A stretch of 64,000 nt of DNA from an uncultured delta proteobacterium (GCA_963782055.1 CAWAIF010000003.1:5120001-5184000), one strand, 5' to 3'. Shown: positions 1 through 10,793, counted from the stretch's first letter. The notes: generated by a model from the letters alone, not told the origin. Made by a program: numbers and translations.

Positions 1-1
1 C

Positions 2-574
2 GGCCTCGGGGTGTCGCTCATCATCATGACGATGGGGCTCGACTCCATCGTCGTTCCGCTCGCCAACGGGAGCGTCGACGTCGCCGTCCAGCTCACGCTG
101 ATGGACATGGAGTCCTTCGCGCTGAGCTCGCTCCTCGCCATCACGCTCTACGATACCGTCGGCCGCGCGCGCCCGTCCTACGAGGACTGCCAGAAGGACC
201 CCACCTACCAGGGCTGCCACACCAGCCCCACCGCCTCCTTCCCCAGCGGCCACATCAACGAGGCCTTCACCGCCGCCGGCCTCTCCTGCGCGCACCACAC
301 CTTCATGCACCTTTACGGCAGCCGCCTCGCCGACGCCTTTGCCTGCGGGCGCGACGTCACCCTCGCCACCATGGAAGGCGTGCTGCGCGTGATGGGCGAT
401 CGCCACTACGTCAGCGACGTCATCGTGGGGAGCGCCATCGGCTTCGCCTTCGGCTTCGGGCTGCCCACGCTGCTGCACTACGTGAAGTGGGGCCCGAACA
501 ACGCGACCGCGCCGGTGATGATCGCTCCGATGTTCGGTCCGGCGACGGGCCTCGTCGCCGGAGGCGCGTTCTGA
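2..574 (+). CDS. PAP2-family phosphatase, membrane protein (5' partial)
   Basis: SFPSGH and RVMGDRHYVSDV PAP2 motifs; hydrophobic helices; frame open from window start. Confidence 0.8.
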   Translation, partial: GLGVSLIIMTMGLDSIVVPLANGSVDVAVQLTLMDMESFALSSLLAITLYDTVGRARPSYEDCQKDPTYQGCHTSPTASFPSGHINEAFTAAGLSCAHHTFMHLYGSRLADAFACGRDVTLATMEGVLRVMGDRHYVSDVIVGSAIGFAFGFGLPTLLHYVKWGPNNATAPVMIAPMFGPATGLVAGGAF

Positions 575-583
575 GGCGCATCC

Positions 584-2509
584 CTACCGGCGACGACGGC
601 GGCGGAGCCCGACGAGGCCCAGCGCGACCAGCGCCGCATAGCCGCCCGCGGCGCCGCCGGTCGTGGTCGCGTGGCACCCGCAGCCACCGCTCTCCGAGGC
701 GCCCCCGCCCCCGCCGTCGGGCTGCTCCCCGGCGTCAGCCCCGCCGTCCGCCCCCGCGCCGGCGTCGCCCGCGGGGGCCGACGTGCAGCCGACCGGCTCG
801 TTCGTCTCGTCGACGCCCTCGGGCCGGACGCCGTAGATCGGCGCCGGGCACCCGGTCTCCTGCGCGCCCAGGTCCGGCGCGGCACCGGCGAAGCCGTCGG
901 TGACGTTCGGCAGGATGGTGCCGTGATCGATCGCGTCGGAGCCGGGCGCGAGCTTCCCGTCGAACGGCGTCACGGCCGTCTTGTAGCTCGCCGGCGTGAC
1001 GAGGCCACTCGCGAAGATGTCGCTCCCGACGACGCGGCCGTGCGCCTCGTACTTCCCGCCCGCGGCGAGCGCGGCGAAGCTCGCGTAGTTCGCGCCCGTC
1101 GCGCCGTAGCCCATGTGGAACTGCCCGTCGGGGTACCAGCCGTTCCAGTCGAGCAGATCGGTGGCGGGGTCGACGGGCTGGTCCCAGTTCACCGCGCGCC
1201 CGCCCTGCGGCGTGGCGGGGCCGATCCACAGGTTGTTCTCCATGATCAGCCCGTGCGCGGTGGTGCTGTCCAGCACCTGAAACGCGTACGCGGAGCTCAT
1301 GAAGGTGTTGTTCAGCAGGACGACGCCCACCGTCTCGTTGTGCAGCTTGACCTGCTCGACCACCGCGTTGACGACCAGGTTGCGGATGGCGTACGCCGGC
1401 CCGCCGAAGATGGGCTGCATGCTGATGGGCATGTACGCGTTGGTGAAGCGGTTGCGGAAGCAGCGGCTGTTGCCCGACGTCTGGTCCAGCTCGATCGCGT
1501 TGTCGTAGGCGTCGTTCACGTCGTTGCCGTAGAAGTCCACGGCGCGGGCGCCCACCTGCTCCACCTTCAGCGCGTCGCCGAAGCCGTCCACCTCGTTGTG
1601 GCAGACCACGTGCCCGTCGCCCTCGACGTGGATGCCGTCGTCGTTGGCGTGCGCGCCGCCGTCGTCGCTGTAGACGAGCGGCCAGCTCAGGCGCCCCTCC
1701 AGCAGGTTGTCGCAGATGTAGAAGTCCTGCTGGTCCGGGTTGGACCCGAAGCCCAGCACCACGTCCCTGGCGTGGACGCGTCGGACGACGTTGTCGGTCG
1801 CGGGCGAACCGTGAAAGCGCAGCGCGCGGTTGTCGTGCTGGAGGGTGAGTCGCTCGACGTGCGTGTAGCTCCCCTCGACGGAGAGCACGTTGCCGCCGGC
1901 GTCGCCGCCGTCCAGGATGACCGTGTCGCGATCCACGCCGCGGATGACGATGGGATCGGGCGCGGTGCCGCTCGCGTCGAGCGTGAACTCGCCGGCGTAG
2001 GTCCCGGCGGCGAGCGTGATGACGTCGCCCGGCTTCGCGGCGTTCAGCGCCGACTCGAGCTCCGCCGCGGTGGCCACGTTCACCACGTGCGGCGTCGCCG
2101 GCTCCTCAGCGGGCACCGGCCGCGTCGTGCCGGAGGTGGTCACAGTCTGGTCGCCGCCGTCCGGATCGTGCGCGGTGAGCTCGATGTCGTACGCCGTCGC
2201 CGGCCGGAGATCGAAGATGGAGCCCGCGAACTCGGGCGTCGCCGCGGCGCCGCTCACCAGCTCCGCATGCACGCGATAGAGCGGGAGCGCGTCGCGCCAC
2301 GCGGTGGACCCCTTCACGCGCACGCGCACCGTCACCGTCGCGTTGAAGTTGTCGTCGCCGGTGAGCGGCCAGCGCACGCCCAGCGCCACGACCGTCGGCC
2401 GGTCCAGCGTCGGCGTCCCGAGGTGCAGCACGTCGTCGGCCCAGGCGCTCGCGGGCACGAGCACCCCGGCCATCGCCACGCACGCGCCCGCCCAGCCTCG
2501 CCAGCCCAT
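584..2509 (-). CDS. Secreted right-handed beta-helix protein (polysaccharide lyase/chondroitinase-B-like) with MYXO-CTERM anchor
   Basis: Signal peptide (ASAWA-D); AKPGDVITLAAGTY beta-helix cap; Asn-ladder repeats; C-terminal GGCGC...LVALGLVGLRRRRRR. Confidence 0.8.
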   Translation of the reverse strand: MGWRGWAGACVAMAGVLVPASAWADDVLHLGTPTLDRPTVVALGVRWPLTGDDNFNATVTVRVRVKGSTAWRDALPLYRVHAELVSGAAATPEFAGSIFDLRPATAYDIELTAHDPDGGDQTVTTSGTTRPVPAEEPATPHVVNVATAAELESALNAAKPGDVITLAAGTYAGEFTLDASGTAPDPIVIRGVDRDTVILDGGDAGGNVLSVEGSYTHVERLTLQHDNRALRFHGSPATDNVVRRVHARDVVLGFGSNPDQQDFYICDNLLEGRLSWPLVYSDDGGAHANDDGIHVEGDGHVVCHNEVDGFGDALKVEQVGARAVDFYGNDVNDAYDNAIELDQTSGNSRCFRNRFTNAYMPISMQPIFGGPAYAIRNLVVNAVVEQVKLHNETVGVVLLNNTFMSSAYAFQVLDSTTAHGLIMENNLWIGPATPQGGRAVNWDQPVDPATDLLDWNGWYPDGQFHMGYGATGANYASFAALAAGGKYEAHGRVVGSDIFASGLVTPASYKTAVTPFDGKLAPGSDAIDHGTILPNVTDGFAGAAPDLGAQETGCPAPIYGVRPEGVDETNEPVGCTSAPAGDAGAGADGGADAGEQPDGGGGGASESGGCGCHATTTGGAAGGYAALVALGLVGLRRRRRR

Positions 2510-2739
2510 CCGGGGAGCGTAGCAAGAGTCGGTCCCGGTGGACTCGCCTTCCGCGGAGTCGGCGGGGGAAGGGAAAATAGGGAGGGAACCCGTGGGGGGG
2601 GAGAGGCGGAGGTCGGCTGGCGAGAAAGCCTGTCAGCCGCGGACGGCTGGCGCGTCCGTGCGGGCTGGATGTCTTCCAGGGTCGTGCGCTACATTCGCCC
2701 GGGCGCTCGTTCGCCCTCCCGCAGGCCGGGCGCCACGCC

Positions 2740-3405
2740 ATGGCCGCATACGAAAAACTCACCGACGCCGAACTCTTCCAGCTCGTGCTCGACGCGCGGG
2801 CCAAGGGCCAGGATCCCAGCCGCGCCCTGGGCGCCCTCGTCGAGCGCTGGCGCCGCGCCGCCGCCGTCGTGGTGCGCCGCGTGCAAGCCAGCTACCGCGC
2901 CGGCACCCCCGACGACGAGGCCGAGCTCTACCAGGAGGCCGTGCGCAAGTTCATCGAGCGCGGCCTCGACCAGTTCCGCGGCGTCTCGGAGGTCCGCCCC
3001 GGGCAGGCCGCTTCCCCGAAGACCTTCTTCCTTCGCATCGTCAAGCACGCCACCATCGACGCCTACCGCAGGCAGCGCGAGCTGCTCGAGGGCGGCCCGA
3101 AGGGCGACGAGGAGGACAACCACGAGTCGCCGCGCGAGATCGCGCACGCCATCGCCCTGTCCAAGCGCGCCTCCCAGCGCGACGAGGCCGCGGGCCTCTA
3201 CTGGGCCGCGTTCGCGCGGCTCCAGAAGGAGCACCCCAACGAGGCCGCCGCCTGGGACGCCTATCACCACCAGGATCTCGAGGATCACGAAACATGCGCC
3301 AAGCACCTGAGCATCACCGTCGCGAACTCCTACAAGCGTGTCAGCCGCGCCCAGGCGTACATGCGCCTGTACCTGCAGGAGCTGATGGACGACTCGGAGG
3401 CTTGA
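2740..3405 (+). CDS. ECF-type RNA polymerase sigma factor
   Basis: Region 2-like ELYQEA...FFLRIVKHATIDAYRRQR and region 4-like ETCAKHLSITVANSYKRVSRA. Confidence 0.8.
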   Translation: MAAYEKLTDAELFQLVLDARAKGQDPSRALGALVERWRRAAAVVVRRVQASYRAGTPDDEAELYQEAVRKFIERGLDQFRGVSEVRPGQAASPKTFFLRIVKHATIDAYRRQRELLEGGPKGDEEDNHESPREIAHAIALSKRASQRDEAAGLYWAAFARLQKEHPNEAAAWDAYHHQDLEDHETCAKHLSITVANSYKRVSRAQAYMRLYLQELMDDSEA

Positions 3406-3406
3406 G

Positions 3407-4234
3407 GTGAGCGCGCCGGACACGGCGCCCGCCCGCCTCGCCGGCCTCCGGGCCGAGCTGCGGGAGGCGTCGGCGAAGGTGCGCGATCACGATGGGTCGG
3501 CCACGCAGCAGGCGGGCCACATCCTCGCGCTCGCGGGGGATCTCCTCCGCCGCTCGCAGGCGCTGGGCGACGCCTCCCACGACGTGGACGAGGCCCTCGC
3601 CAAGATCGGCAAGGACGCGGCGGCGGCGTTCGTCGCGTCGCTCGACCCGGCGCGCGAGCGCCGGTCCCTCGAGGCCGCGATGAACGCCGCGTTCGAGTGC
3701 CTGCTCGCCGACGAGGGCGAGGCCGAGGCGCTCGCCCGCGCGGCGATGGAAGGGCTCGTCGCGCGGGATCGCCTCGCCTCGGTCGACGCGGCCATGGCCC
3801 ACGCCGGCCTGGACCCCTCCCCCATCCAGGGCGTCACGCGCGCCGTCGACGCCGGCCTGGTCAAGAAGGCGCGCATGCTCGTCGCCCTCAACGCCGTCCG
3901 GCGCGACGAGCTCGGCGTGCTGAATACGGGCGATCAGGAGGGCGCGTGGTGGTTCTCGGCGAGAGCGCGGTGCGATGAGCTCCGCGCTTTTTATTTGGGC
4001 GAAGATCCCTCCGGCGCCGCCCACCTGGCCTCCTGTCCCGACTGCCGGCGCGACGTCCGCGCGGCGGCGTCAACACGCGCGCACAAGCCGGACCACATCG
4101 GCCCGGAGGCGCTCTGGCGGCGCGACAGCGGCGACGCCACGCCGGCCGAGCTCCGCTGGATGGACGGACACCTGAAGGAGTGCCGCGCCTGCGCGCAGGC
4201 AGTGCGCGCCCTGCACGACGCCGAAGAAGAGTGA
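3407..4234 (+). CDS. Putative cytoplasmic anti-sigma factor with two zinc-binding HxxxCxxC motifs
   Basis: Starts 1 nt after the sigma stop; HLASCPDC and HLKECRAC. Confidence 0.65.
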   Translation: MSAPDTAPARLAGLRAELREASAKVRDHDGSATQQAGHILALAGDLLRRSQALGDASHDVDEALAKIGKDAAAAFVASLDPARERRSLEAAMNAAFECLLADEGEAEALARAAMEGLVARDRLASVDAAMAHAGLDPSPIQGVTRAVDAGLVKKARMLVALNAVRRDELGVLNTGDQEGAWWFSARARCDELRAFYLGEDPSGAAHLASCPDCRRDVRAAASTRAHKPDHIGPEALWRRDSGDATPAELRWMDGHLKECRACAQAVRALHDAEEE

Positions 4235-4902
4235 CTGGCCCAAGGCGCCTCCTCTTCCTGCTCGCGCGGACGCTCCGCGCGCTCGCCGCCGCGCCGCTCC
4301 GCTGGAGGGCGCGCGGGTGGGCGGCGTTTCTGGTGGTCGCCGCGGGGACGCTCGGCGCGTTCGCATGGAAGCGCCCGATCCAGCAGGCCCTGCACTCCCA
4401 TGGCCAGCACGCGCTGGACGCGACGGCGCGCGTCGCCAGCGCCGTCGGCGGCGGCTGGCCCCTCGTCGCCTTCATCGCCGCGCTGCACCTGCTCGGGTGG
4501 CTCACCCGCCGCCGATCCATCGTGGACGCGGCGATGGTGCTCACCGTCGCCGGCATCGCGTGCTGGCTGCTCACCGCCTTTGGCCAGCTCTCGCTCGCGG
4601 AGGCCCGCCCACGCCACGGCGGCGCGATGACCTTCTTCCACCTGCACGGCCACGGCGTCTCCGGTCACGCGTCGGCCGCCGCGGTCCTCTACGGCCCGAT
4701 GTCCGGTGTCCTGGCGCGCGGGTGGCCGGCGGTGGCGCGCCGCGCCCTCGCCGCCGCGCTCGCCGGCTGGATCGTGCTGGTCGCCTGGTCGCGGGTGTGG
4801 CTGGACGAGCACTTCCTCTGGAACGTCCTGCTCGGCGCCGCGGTCGGCGTGTGGACGGGCCTCGCGGCGGTGCGCGCGTGGGAGAGCTCGCAGCCCGCGT
4901 GA
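4231..4902 (+). CDS. PAP2-family membrane protein
   Basis: GTG start overlaps upstream stop (GTGA); ARP, VSGHAS and SRVWLDEHF motifs; several TM helices. Confidence 0.7.
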   Translation: MTGPRRLLFLLARTLRALAAAPLRWRARGWAAFLVVAAGTLGAFAWKRPIQQALHSHGQHALDATARVASAVGGGWPLVAFIAALHLLGWLTRRRSIVDAAMVLTVAGIACWLLTAFGQLSLAEARPRHGGAMTFFHLHGHGVSGHASAAAVLYGPMSGVLARGWPAVARRALAAALAGWIVLVAWSRVWLDEHFLWNVLLGAAVGVWTGLAAVRAWESSQPA

Positions 4903-5005
4903 GCCGCGCGCGTCACGCGGCCCCACCGGACGGCCGGCTCGCGTCCCTTCGCCGTCTCCTCGGCATCGCGCCCACCTCACGGCGTACGGGTGCTAACGTG
5001 ATCGC

Positions 5006-6626
5006 ATGAGGGTGCGTAACTTCTGGGCGGTCTTGCTTCCACTCGCGATCGTCGTGGCGTGCGGCAGCAACGACAACAACCGGTTCGGCAACGACGGCGG
5101 CACCGACGGCGACCTGAACGGCGACGCGCCGCAGTTCGGCGGGGACGGCGGGGACAGCGGCCTGACCGAGGCGACGTGCGCGAGCGCCGCCGCCGCCAAG
5201 TCGTATGTCGGCTGTGACTACTGGCCGACCATCGTCGCCAACACGGTGTGGGACATCTTCGACTACGCCGTCGTCGTGGCGAACGCGAGCACCAAGACCG
5301 CCAGCATCACCATCACCGGGCCCAACGGCACCAACCAGACCGCCACCGTCAGCCCCGGCTCGCTGCAGAAGTTCTACCTGCCGTGGGTGAAGTCGCTCAA
5401 GGGCAAGGACTTCGACCCCGACACGAGCGTCGCGGGCGACGAGCTCACCGCCTCCGTCCTGGCGCACGCGGGTGCCTTCCACCTGGTGAGCAGCGTCCCG
5501 GTGAGCGTCTATCAGTTCAACGCGATCGAGTACAAGCCGTCGGGCGGCCCCGGCGGCAAGAACTGGAGCGCGTGCCCGGCGGACACCGGGCTGGGGGTCA
5601 ACTGCTACTCCTACTCCAACGACGCGTCCCTGCTCTTGCCCAGCACCGCCATGACGGGCAACTACCGGGTCATGGGCCAGAAGGGCTGGTCGGAGGGCGG
5701 GCAGTCCGTGCTCGGCCCGTACTTCGCCATCACCGCCACGGCGAACGGCACGAAGGTGACCGTCAAGACGAGCGCCGGCGCCAAGGTGCTCGCCGGCGGC
5801 GGCGTGCCCGCCATCAACGGCGCCGGGACCTTCACCGTCAGCCTGAACCAGGGCGACGTGCTGGAGGTCGCGGGCCAGAAGGGCGACCAGACCGACTTCA
5901 GCGGCTCGCTGGTGCAGGCGTCGGCCCCGGTGCAGGTGATCACCGGCGTGCAGTGCATCTACCAGCCGGAGGGCACCTCGGCCTGCGACCACATCGAGGA
6001 GTCGGTCTTCCCCGCCGAGACGCTCGGCCAGCACTACGTCGTCACCGTCCCCACGAGCCCCACGGGCAACGTGGTCGGCCACATCGTGCGCGTCTTCGGC
6101 AACGTGGACGGCACCAAGCTCACCTATGCCCCGTCCAAGCCGGCCGGCTGCCCCGCCGCGATCAACGCCGGCCAGGTGGTTGACTGCGGCGTCGTGAAGA
6201 ACGACTTCGAGGTCAAGGGCGACAACGCCTTCGGCGTGGGCAGCTACGCGCTCGGCGGGTCGATGGTCGATCCCTCCGGCGGCGACGGCGATCCCGCGCA
6301 GAGCTTCGCCGTCGCGGTCGAGCAGTACCGCACCGCGTACATCTTCCTCGCGCCCAGCGACTACGACATCAGCTACGTCGACATCGTCGGCCCCACCGGC
6401 GTCAACGTCACCGTGGACGGCACCGCCGTCGGCTCCTTCAAGGCGGTGGGATTCGAGCGGCTTCGGCGTGGCGCGCTTCAAGCTGGGCCCGGGCAACGGC
6501 GGGGCGCACACGCTGCAGGCGTCCGCCCCGGTCGGCATCCAGGTCATGGGCTACGGCCTGTACACCAGCTACCAGTACCCCGGCGGCTCCGATCTCACCG
6601 CCATCGCCCCGCCGCCGGTGAAGTAG
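5006..6626 (+). CDS. IgGFc-binding-domain lipoprotein, frameshifted by one extra base at ~6452
   Basis: Lipobox VVAC; GCDYWPT, SNDASLLLP, CDHIEE, GDPAQS; a second frame supplies the family-type ending GIQVMGYGLYTSYQYPGG and stops at 6624-6626. Confidence 0.8.
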
Positions 6627-6710
6627 CCTACCGCCGGGCTCGTAGCCGCGGCGCGCGCCGTCCGGCGTGGCGGCCGGCGCGGTGTACACTCGTACCCCGA
6701 GGAGCATGCC

Positions 6711-8021
6711 ATGGCAGAGAGCCCCGACGCCTTCGCCCACACAGTCGCGGCGGACGACACCCCCGCGAGCGCGGCGACAGCGCAGACCGTCGATGTCGGC
6801 GGCGCCACCCTCGCCACGGACGCGCCCTCCGGCCACACGTCGACGGACACCGTCCGCACCACCGGCCGCGCCGCCGTCCTGCCGCTGGCGACGGAGCAGG
6901 GGACGCTCGTGCACGACGACCGCGACCGCTACGCCCGCAAGCGGGTGCTCGGCGCGGGCGGCATGGGGGAGGTCGTGCTCGCCGAGGACCAGGACATCGG
7001 CCGCGACGTGGCGGTGAAGTACCTGCTCGCACCCCACGACCCGACGGGGCTCGCGCGCTTCATCGACGAGATCCGCACGGTGGGATTGCTGGAGCACCCG
7101 AACATCGTGCCCATCCACGACGTCGGGGTCGACGACGCCGAGCGCTACTTCTTCGTGATGAAGCACGTCGAGGGCGAGACGCTGGAGCAGATCATCGAGC
7201 GCCTCGCCGCCGGCGACCCCGACTACCATGCGCGCTACACCTTCACGGCGCGCGTGGCCCTCTTCATGGGCCTGCTCCGCGCGCTGGACTTCGCCCACGC
7301 GCGCGGCTACGTCCACCGCGACCTGAAGCCCGCCAACGTGATGGTCGGCCGGTACGGTGAGGTCGTGCTGATGGACTGGGGTGTCGCCAAGCGGTGCGGC
7401 TCGCAGGCGCATGCGCAGCCGCAGCCGACGGCAGACGCCGCGCGCGCCGAGGCCGAAGCCGACGCGAGCAGGAACGTCACCGCGCGCGAGCGCTTCTTCA
7501 CCACCCGCCGCGGCGCCCTCGTCGGCACGCCCGCGTACATGTCGCCGGAGCAGGCCCGCGGGGAGGTCGAGACGATCGACGAGCGGAGCGACATCTACAG
7601 CGCGTGCGCCCTCTTCTACGAGCTGCTCAGCCTGCGCCACTACCTGGGCGAGCGCGAGAACCTCACGGCGATGCTCCTCGCCGTGCAGAGCGAGATGCCC
7701 AGCTTCACGTTCGCCGGCACGACCCACGCGGCGCAGGGCTCGCCGCCCGCCGAGCTCTTGCACTTCGCGCACCGCGGCCTGGAGAAGGACCCGGCCGCGC
7801 GCTTCGCCTCGGTCCGCGAGATGATCGACCAGCTCGAGGCAACCCTGGACGGCCGCGTGAAGGTCCAGTGCCCCGTCACCTTCACCAAGCGACTCACCCG
7901 CGAGCTGGGGCGCTTCGTCGATCGCAGGCCGCTCGTGGCGATGAACCTCCTCTTCGGCGGCGCGGCCGCCGTGCTCCTGCTGGTCGTCCTCTGCGCGGTG
8001 CTCCTCGTACGTGCCGTATGA
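6711..8021 (+). CDS. Hanks-type Ser/Thr protein kinase with C-terminal TM helix
   Basis: LGAGGMGEV, VAVK, HRDLKPANV, DWG, GTPAYMSPEQ. Confidence 0.95.
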   Translation: MAESPDAFAHTVAADDTPASAATAQTVDVGGATLATDAPSGHTSTDTVRTTGRAAVLPLATEQGTLVHDDRDRYARKRVLGAGGMGEVVLAEDQDIGRDVAVKYLLAPHDPTGLARFIDEIRTVGLLEHPNIVPIHDVGVDDAERYFFVMKHVEGETLEQIIERLAAGDPDYHARYTFTARVALFMGLLRALDFAHARGYVHRDLKPANVMVGRYGEVVLMDWGVAKRCGSQAHAQPQPTADAARAEAEADASRNVTARERFFTTRRGALVGTPAYMSPEQARGEVETIDERSDIYSACALFYELLSLRHYLGERENLTAMLLAVQSEMPSFTFAGTTHAAQGSPPAELLHFAHRGLEKDPAARFASVREMIDQLEATLDGRVKVQCPVTFTKRLTRELGRFVDRRPLVAMNLLFGGAAAVLLLVVLCAVLLVRAV

Positions 8022-8100
8022 GCGCGAGCCTCGCCGGCACCAACCACGCGGAAGCAGGCGCAGCCGCAGCCCGCGCCCCCGCGCCCGACAGCGCGTCCGC

Positions 8101-8592
8101 TCAGTTGCAGGTCCCCGGACAGGCCTTGTCCTCGCAGTCGAGCAGGACGATGCCGGCGTTCACCCCGTTGGGGAACTGCTTCATGCAGCCCTTGGCGCAG
8201 GCGAACGCGCTGCCCTCGCCCCCACCATCCGCCGCCACCACCGCGTCCGGGCCGGCGTCGAGGATGGGGGTGGGGCACTTCCGGATGCAGGCGGCGTAGC
8301 CCTCGCAGTCGGCGTTGCCCAGGCACCCGTTCGCCGCCTCGCAGCACGAGGCCTGCACGCACGAGGCGCACGCCTGGTCGGACGGCGGCTTGTTCACCGT
8401 GCACGGCGTGCCGGTGTCCGCGCCGGAGTCGCCGGCGGCCTGCACGTCGGGCCCCCCGGCGTCGGTCACCTGCCCCCTGTCGGCCGACGCGTCCTGCGCC
8501 CCGAGGAGCGGTGGGTTGTCCTGACACGCGACGCTGCCCACGGCGGCCACGACGAGCGCCGCGACCGCCAGCCCGAGACCGGCCTTCGTCAT
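8101..8592 (-). CDS. Cys-rich lipoprotein
   Basis: ATG overlaps upstream stop (ATGA); lipobox SVAC; CASCVQASCC-type Cys pattern. Confidence 0.75.
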   Translation of the reverse strand: MTKAGLGLAVAALVVAAVGSVACQDNPPLLGAQDASADRGQVTDAGGPDVQAAGDSGADTGTPCTVNKPPSDQACASCVQASCCEAANGCLGNADCEGYAACIRKCPTPILDAGPDAVVAADGGGEGSAFACAKGCMKQFPNGVNAGIVLLDCEDKACPGTCN

Positions 8593-10760
8593 AGGGAGTC
8601 CACGCAGTCGAAGGTCTGCTGCCACGCGAGCAGCGTGGGCGCCTGGAGGTGATCGGACGAGGGGTTGAGCGTCATGTTCACGCGCAGCACGGCCTGCGAG
8701 GACTGACCGGCGGCGACGAGCTTGGGGTTCACGTCCACGCCCGTCCACACCAGGTTGGGCGCGCCGGACACCGTGGCCAGCGCCACGTTCGCCCCGAGCG
8801 AGCTGACGTTCGGTCCCGTCTGCGCGTCGAAGACGATGTTGGAGTCGCTCGGCGTCTCGTCCTGCCAGTTGAACCAGCGCCACTTCACCACCTTGCCCGC
8901 GGGGCACTGCGCGGTGAAGTCGCGGGAGAAGGTGGCGGGGTTGAACCAGATGGGCGGGGGCGGCGGCAGCGCCTGCAGGCACGCGCCCAGGTCGAAGAGC
9001 AAGAACTCCGCCGCCTTCTCCTGCGGCGTCAGCCCGCCGGAGGGGCACTCGCTCGGGAAGGAGTAGGAGTCGAACCCGGAGGCGAGGTGCATGTCGGTGA
9101 ACATGACCCTGCCGTACTGGCTGGCGGGCGGCGTGTTCACCGGCGTGTTGAAGGTGATGTCCGCGGGGTAGTCCGGCCTGCCCGAATAGTAGTTGACGCC
9201 GTCCCACGTGTAGCGGCCGGTGAAATCGACCCACGACTGCGTCGGCGAGACCACCGAGTAGGTGTCGTAGCGCGAGGGGTTGATGAGCAGCTTGCCGAAG
9301 GTCGTCGAGGCGCCCACCGTCTGCATCCAGTTGGCGAAATCCAGGCCCTTCTGGAAGGAGGTGTTGACCTGACCCTCATACCAGGGCGAGTCGTAACCGC
9401 CGCTGCTCCAGTACGGGATGAAGCTGGCCACGCCCGGGAAGGGGTTGGGCGCGCCGCCGCCCTCGATCCACTGCCGGCCCCAGTGGGAGGAGAAGAGGCG
9501 CCCCCCGTCGGCGGTGTAGCTCCCGATGTTGTTCATGAAGGTGGTGTAGTTGCCGGACCAGCGGCCCGAGCTGTACCGGTACGGGTAGTACTCCTCGCCG
9601 CAGTCGCACGGCAGCATCACCAGGTCCTCCGTCATCATCGTGCTCAGGTTGGAGAGCAGATTGGTGGGCTTGGGGTTGCTCCCGCCGTTGAGCGGCTCGC
9701 CGTAGGCCTGGTAGTAATCGACGTGACCGCCGGCGCCTGGGTCCTTGAACTCGCTCGTGGAGACGCCGATGCGCTTGATGAGGCACTCCATCGGGTCGCA
9801 GCTGCCGCTGACGAGGGCGATGTGCGGCAGGTCCGCCTGGCTGTTGTAGCCATCGGTCGCGTTCTGCGGCAGGCGTGTCTTCGAGGCGGGCAGCGCGGTG
9901 GTGGTGCACTGGTTGACGGTGGAGAGCATCACCATGCGACGCCACTTGCCCGCCTGCACCACCAGCGGGATGTTGCTGCCCGAGGGCACGCCGGTGAGGG
10001 TGAACTTGCCGTCCGGCCCGGTGAGCGCGTAGGAGACCGCCGGCGGGAGGTTGCCGCCGCCGCCACACGGGTCCTTCTGGGCGCCCTGCGGGATCGCCGG
10101 GAGCGGGAGCTGCGCGGGGACATAGACGTTGGCGTGATAGACGGGGTCGAGCCCCGCCGGATCGTAGACGGTGCCGGTCAGCGTCGTCCCCGCGCCGCCA
10201 TCGCACTTGGCCACCTGGCACTGCAGGCCGACGCAGCTCACGCCGCCCTCGCCCTGCAACAGCGTCAGCCCGCCGCCATCCGCCTGGGTGAGGCCGTTGC
10301 CCGCGTCCAGACCGCCTGCGTCGTCGGTGACCATCTGGCAGTCCGGATCGCAGGGGTTGTTCTGGCAGGTCTGCTGCGAGCCCAGCCCCAGCGTCACCAG
10401 ATCGCCGATGGGCCCGGCGCTCCGGTACACGATGTGATCGCCGATGCACTGCCCCCACGTACCGTCGCTGCCGCAGGTGATGTGGCCCATCGAGCAGGTC
10501 ACGCCGTCCTGATCCTTGACCTCGACCTCGCCGCACTCCACCTGCTGGCCGGCAGTGCCGCACGGACATCCCGCGGCCGGCGTGGCGCACATGGTGCCGC
10601 CGTCGGTGCCGTTGTTCGGGTTGATGCCATCACCCAGTCCCGGCGGACCGCCGGAGCTGCAGGCGGCGACGAGGAAGCTGACGAGCACTGCCAGTGCGCT
10701 CACCAGCAGGAACACGCCGGCCTTGCTGCGAAGGGTGGGGGCGGAGGGAGGAGGGCGCAT
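8589..10760 (-). CDS. Large myxobacterial lipoprotein with carboxypeptidase-regulatory-like beta-sandwich
   Basis: Lipobox VAAC; TTLTGTVYDPAG, GKFTLTGVP, QAGKWRR, GRVMFTDMH, LTPQEKAAEFLLFDL; true start at MRPPPS (the longer ORF-track call runs antisense to DUF4139). Confidence 0.8.
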   Translation of the reverse strand: MRPPPSAPTLRSKAGVFLLVSALAVLVSFLVAACSSGGPPGLGDGINPNNGTDGGTMCATPAAGCPCGTAGQQVECGEVEVKDQDGVTCSMGHITCGSDGTWGQCIGDHIVYRSAGPIGDLVTLGLGSQQTCQNNPCDPDCQMVTDDAGGLDAGNGLTQADGGGLTLLQGEGGVSCVGLQCQVAKCDGGAGTTLTGTVYDPAGLDPVYHANVYVPAQLPLPAIPQGAQKDPCGGGGNLPPAVSYALTGPDGKFTLTGVPSGSNIPLVVQAGKWRRMVMLSTVNQCTTTALPASKTRLPQNATDGYNSQADLPHIALVSGSCDPMECLIKRIGVSTSEFKDPGAGGHVDYYQAYGEPLNGGSNPKPTNLLSNLSTMMTEDLVMLPCDCGEEYYPYRYSSGRWSGNYTTFMNNIGSYTADGGRLFSSHWGRQWIEGGGAPNPFPGVASFIPYWSSGGYDSPWYEGQVNTSFQKGLDFANWMQTVGASTTFGKLLINPSRYDTYSVVSPTQSWVDFTGRYTWDGVNYYSGRPDYPADITFNTPVNTPPASQYGRVMFTDMHLASGFDSYSFPSECPSGGLTPQEKAAEFLLFDLGACLQALPPPPPIWFNPATFSRDFTAQCPAGKVVKWRWFNWQDETPSDSNIVFDAQTGPNVSSLGANVALATVSGAPNLVWTGVDVNPKLVAAGQSSQAVLRVNMTLNPSSDHLQAPTLLAWQQTFDCVDSL

Positions 10761-10793
10761 GGATTTGTGCTCGCGAGCCAACCGAAACCATCG

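Noticed and set aside
5006..7360. 784-aa ORF apparently overlapping the kinase
   Set aside because: Read-through caused by the +1 frameshift at ~6452; the real protein ends at 6626
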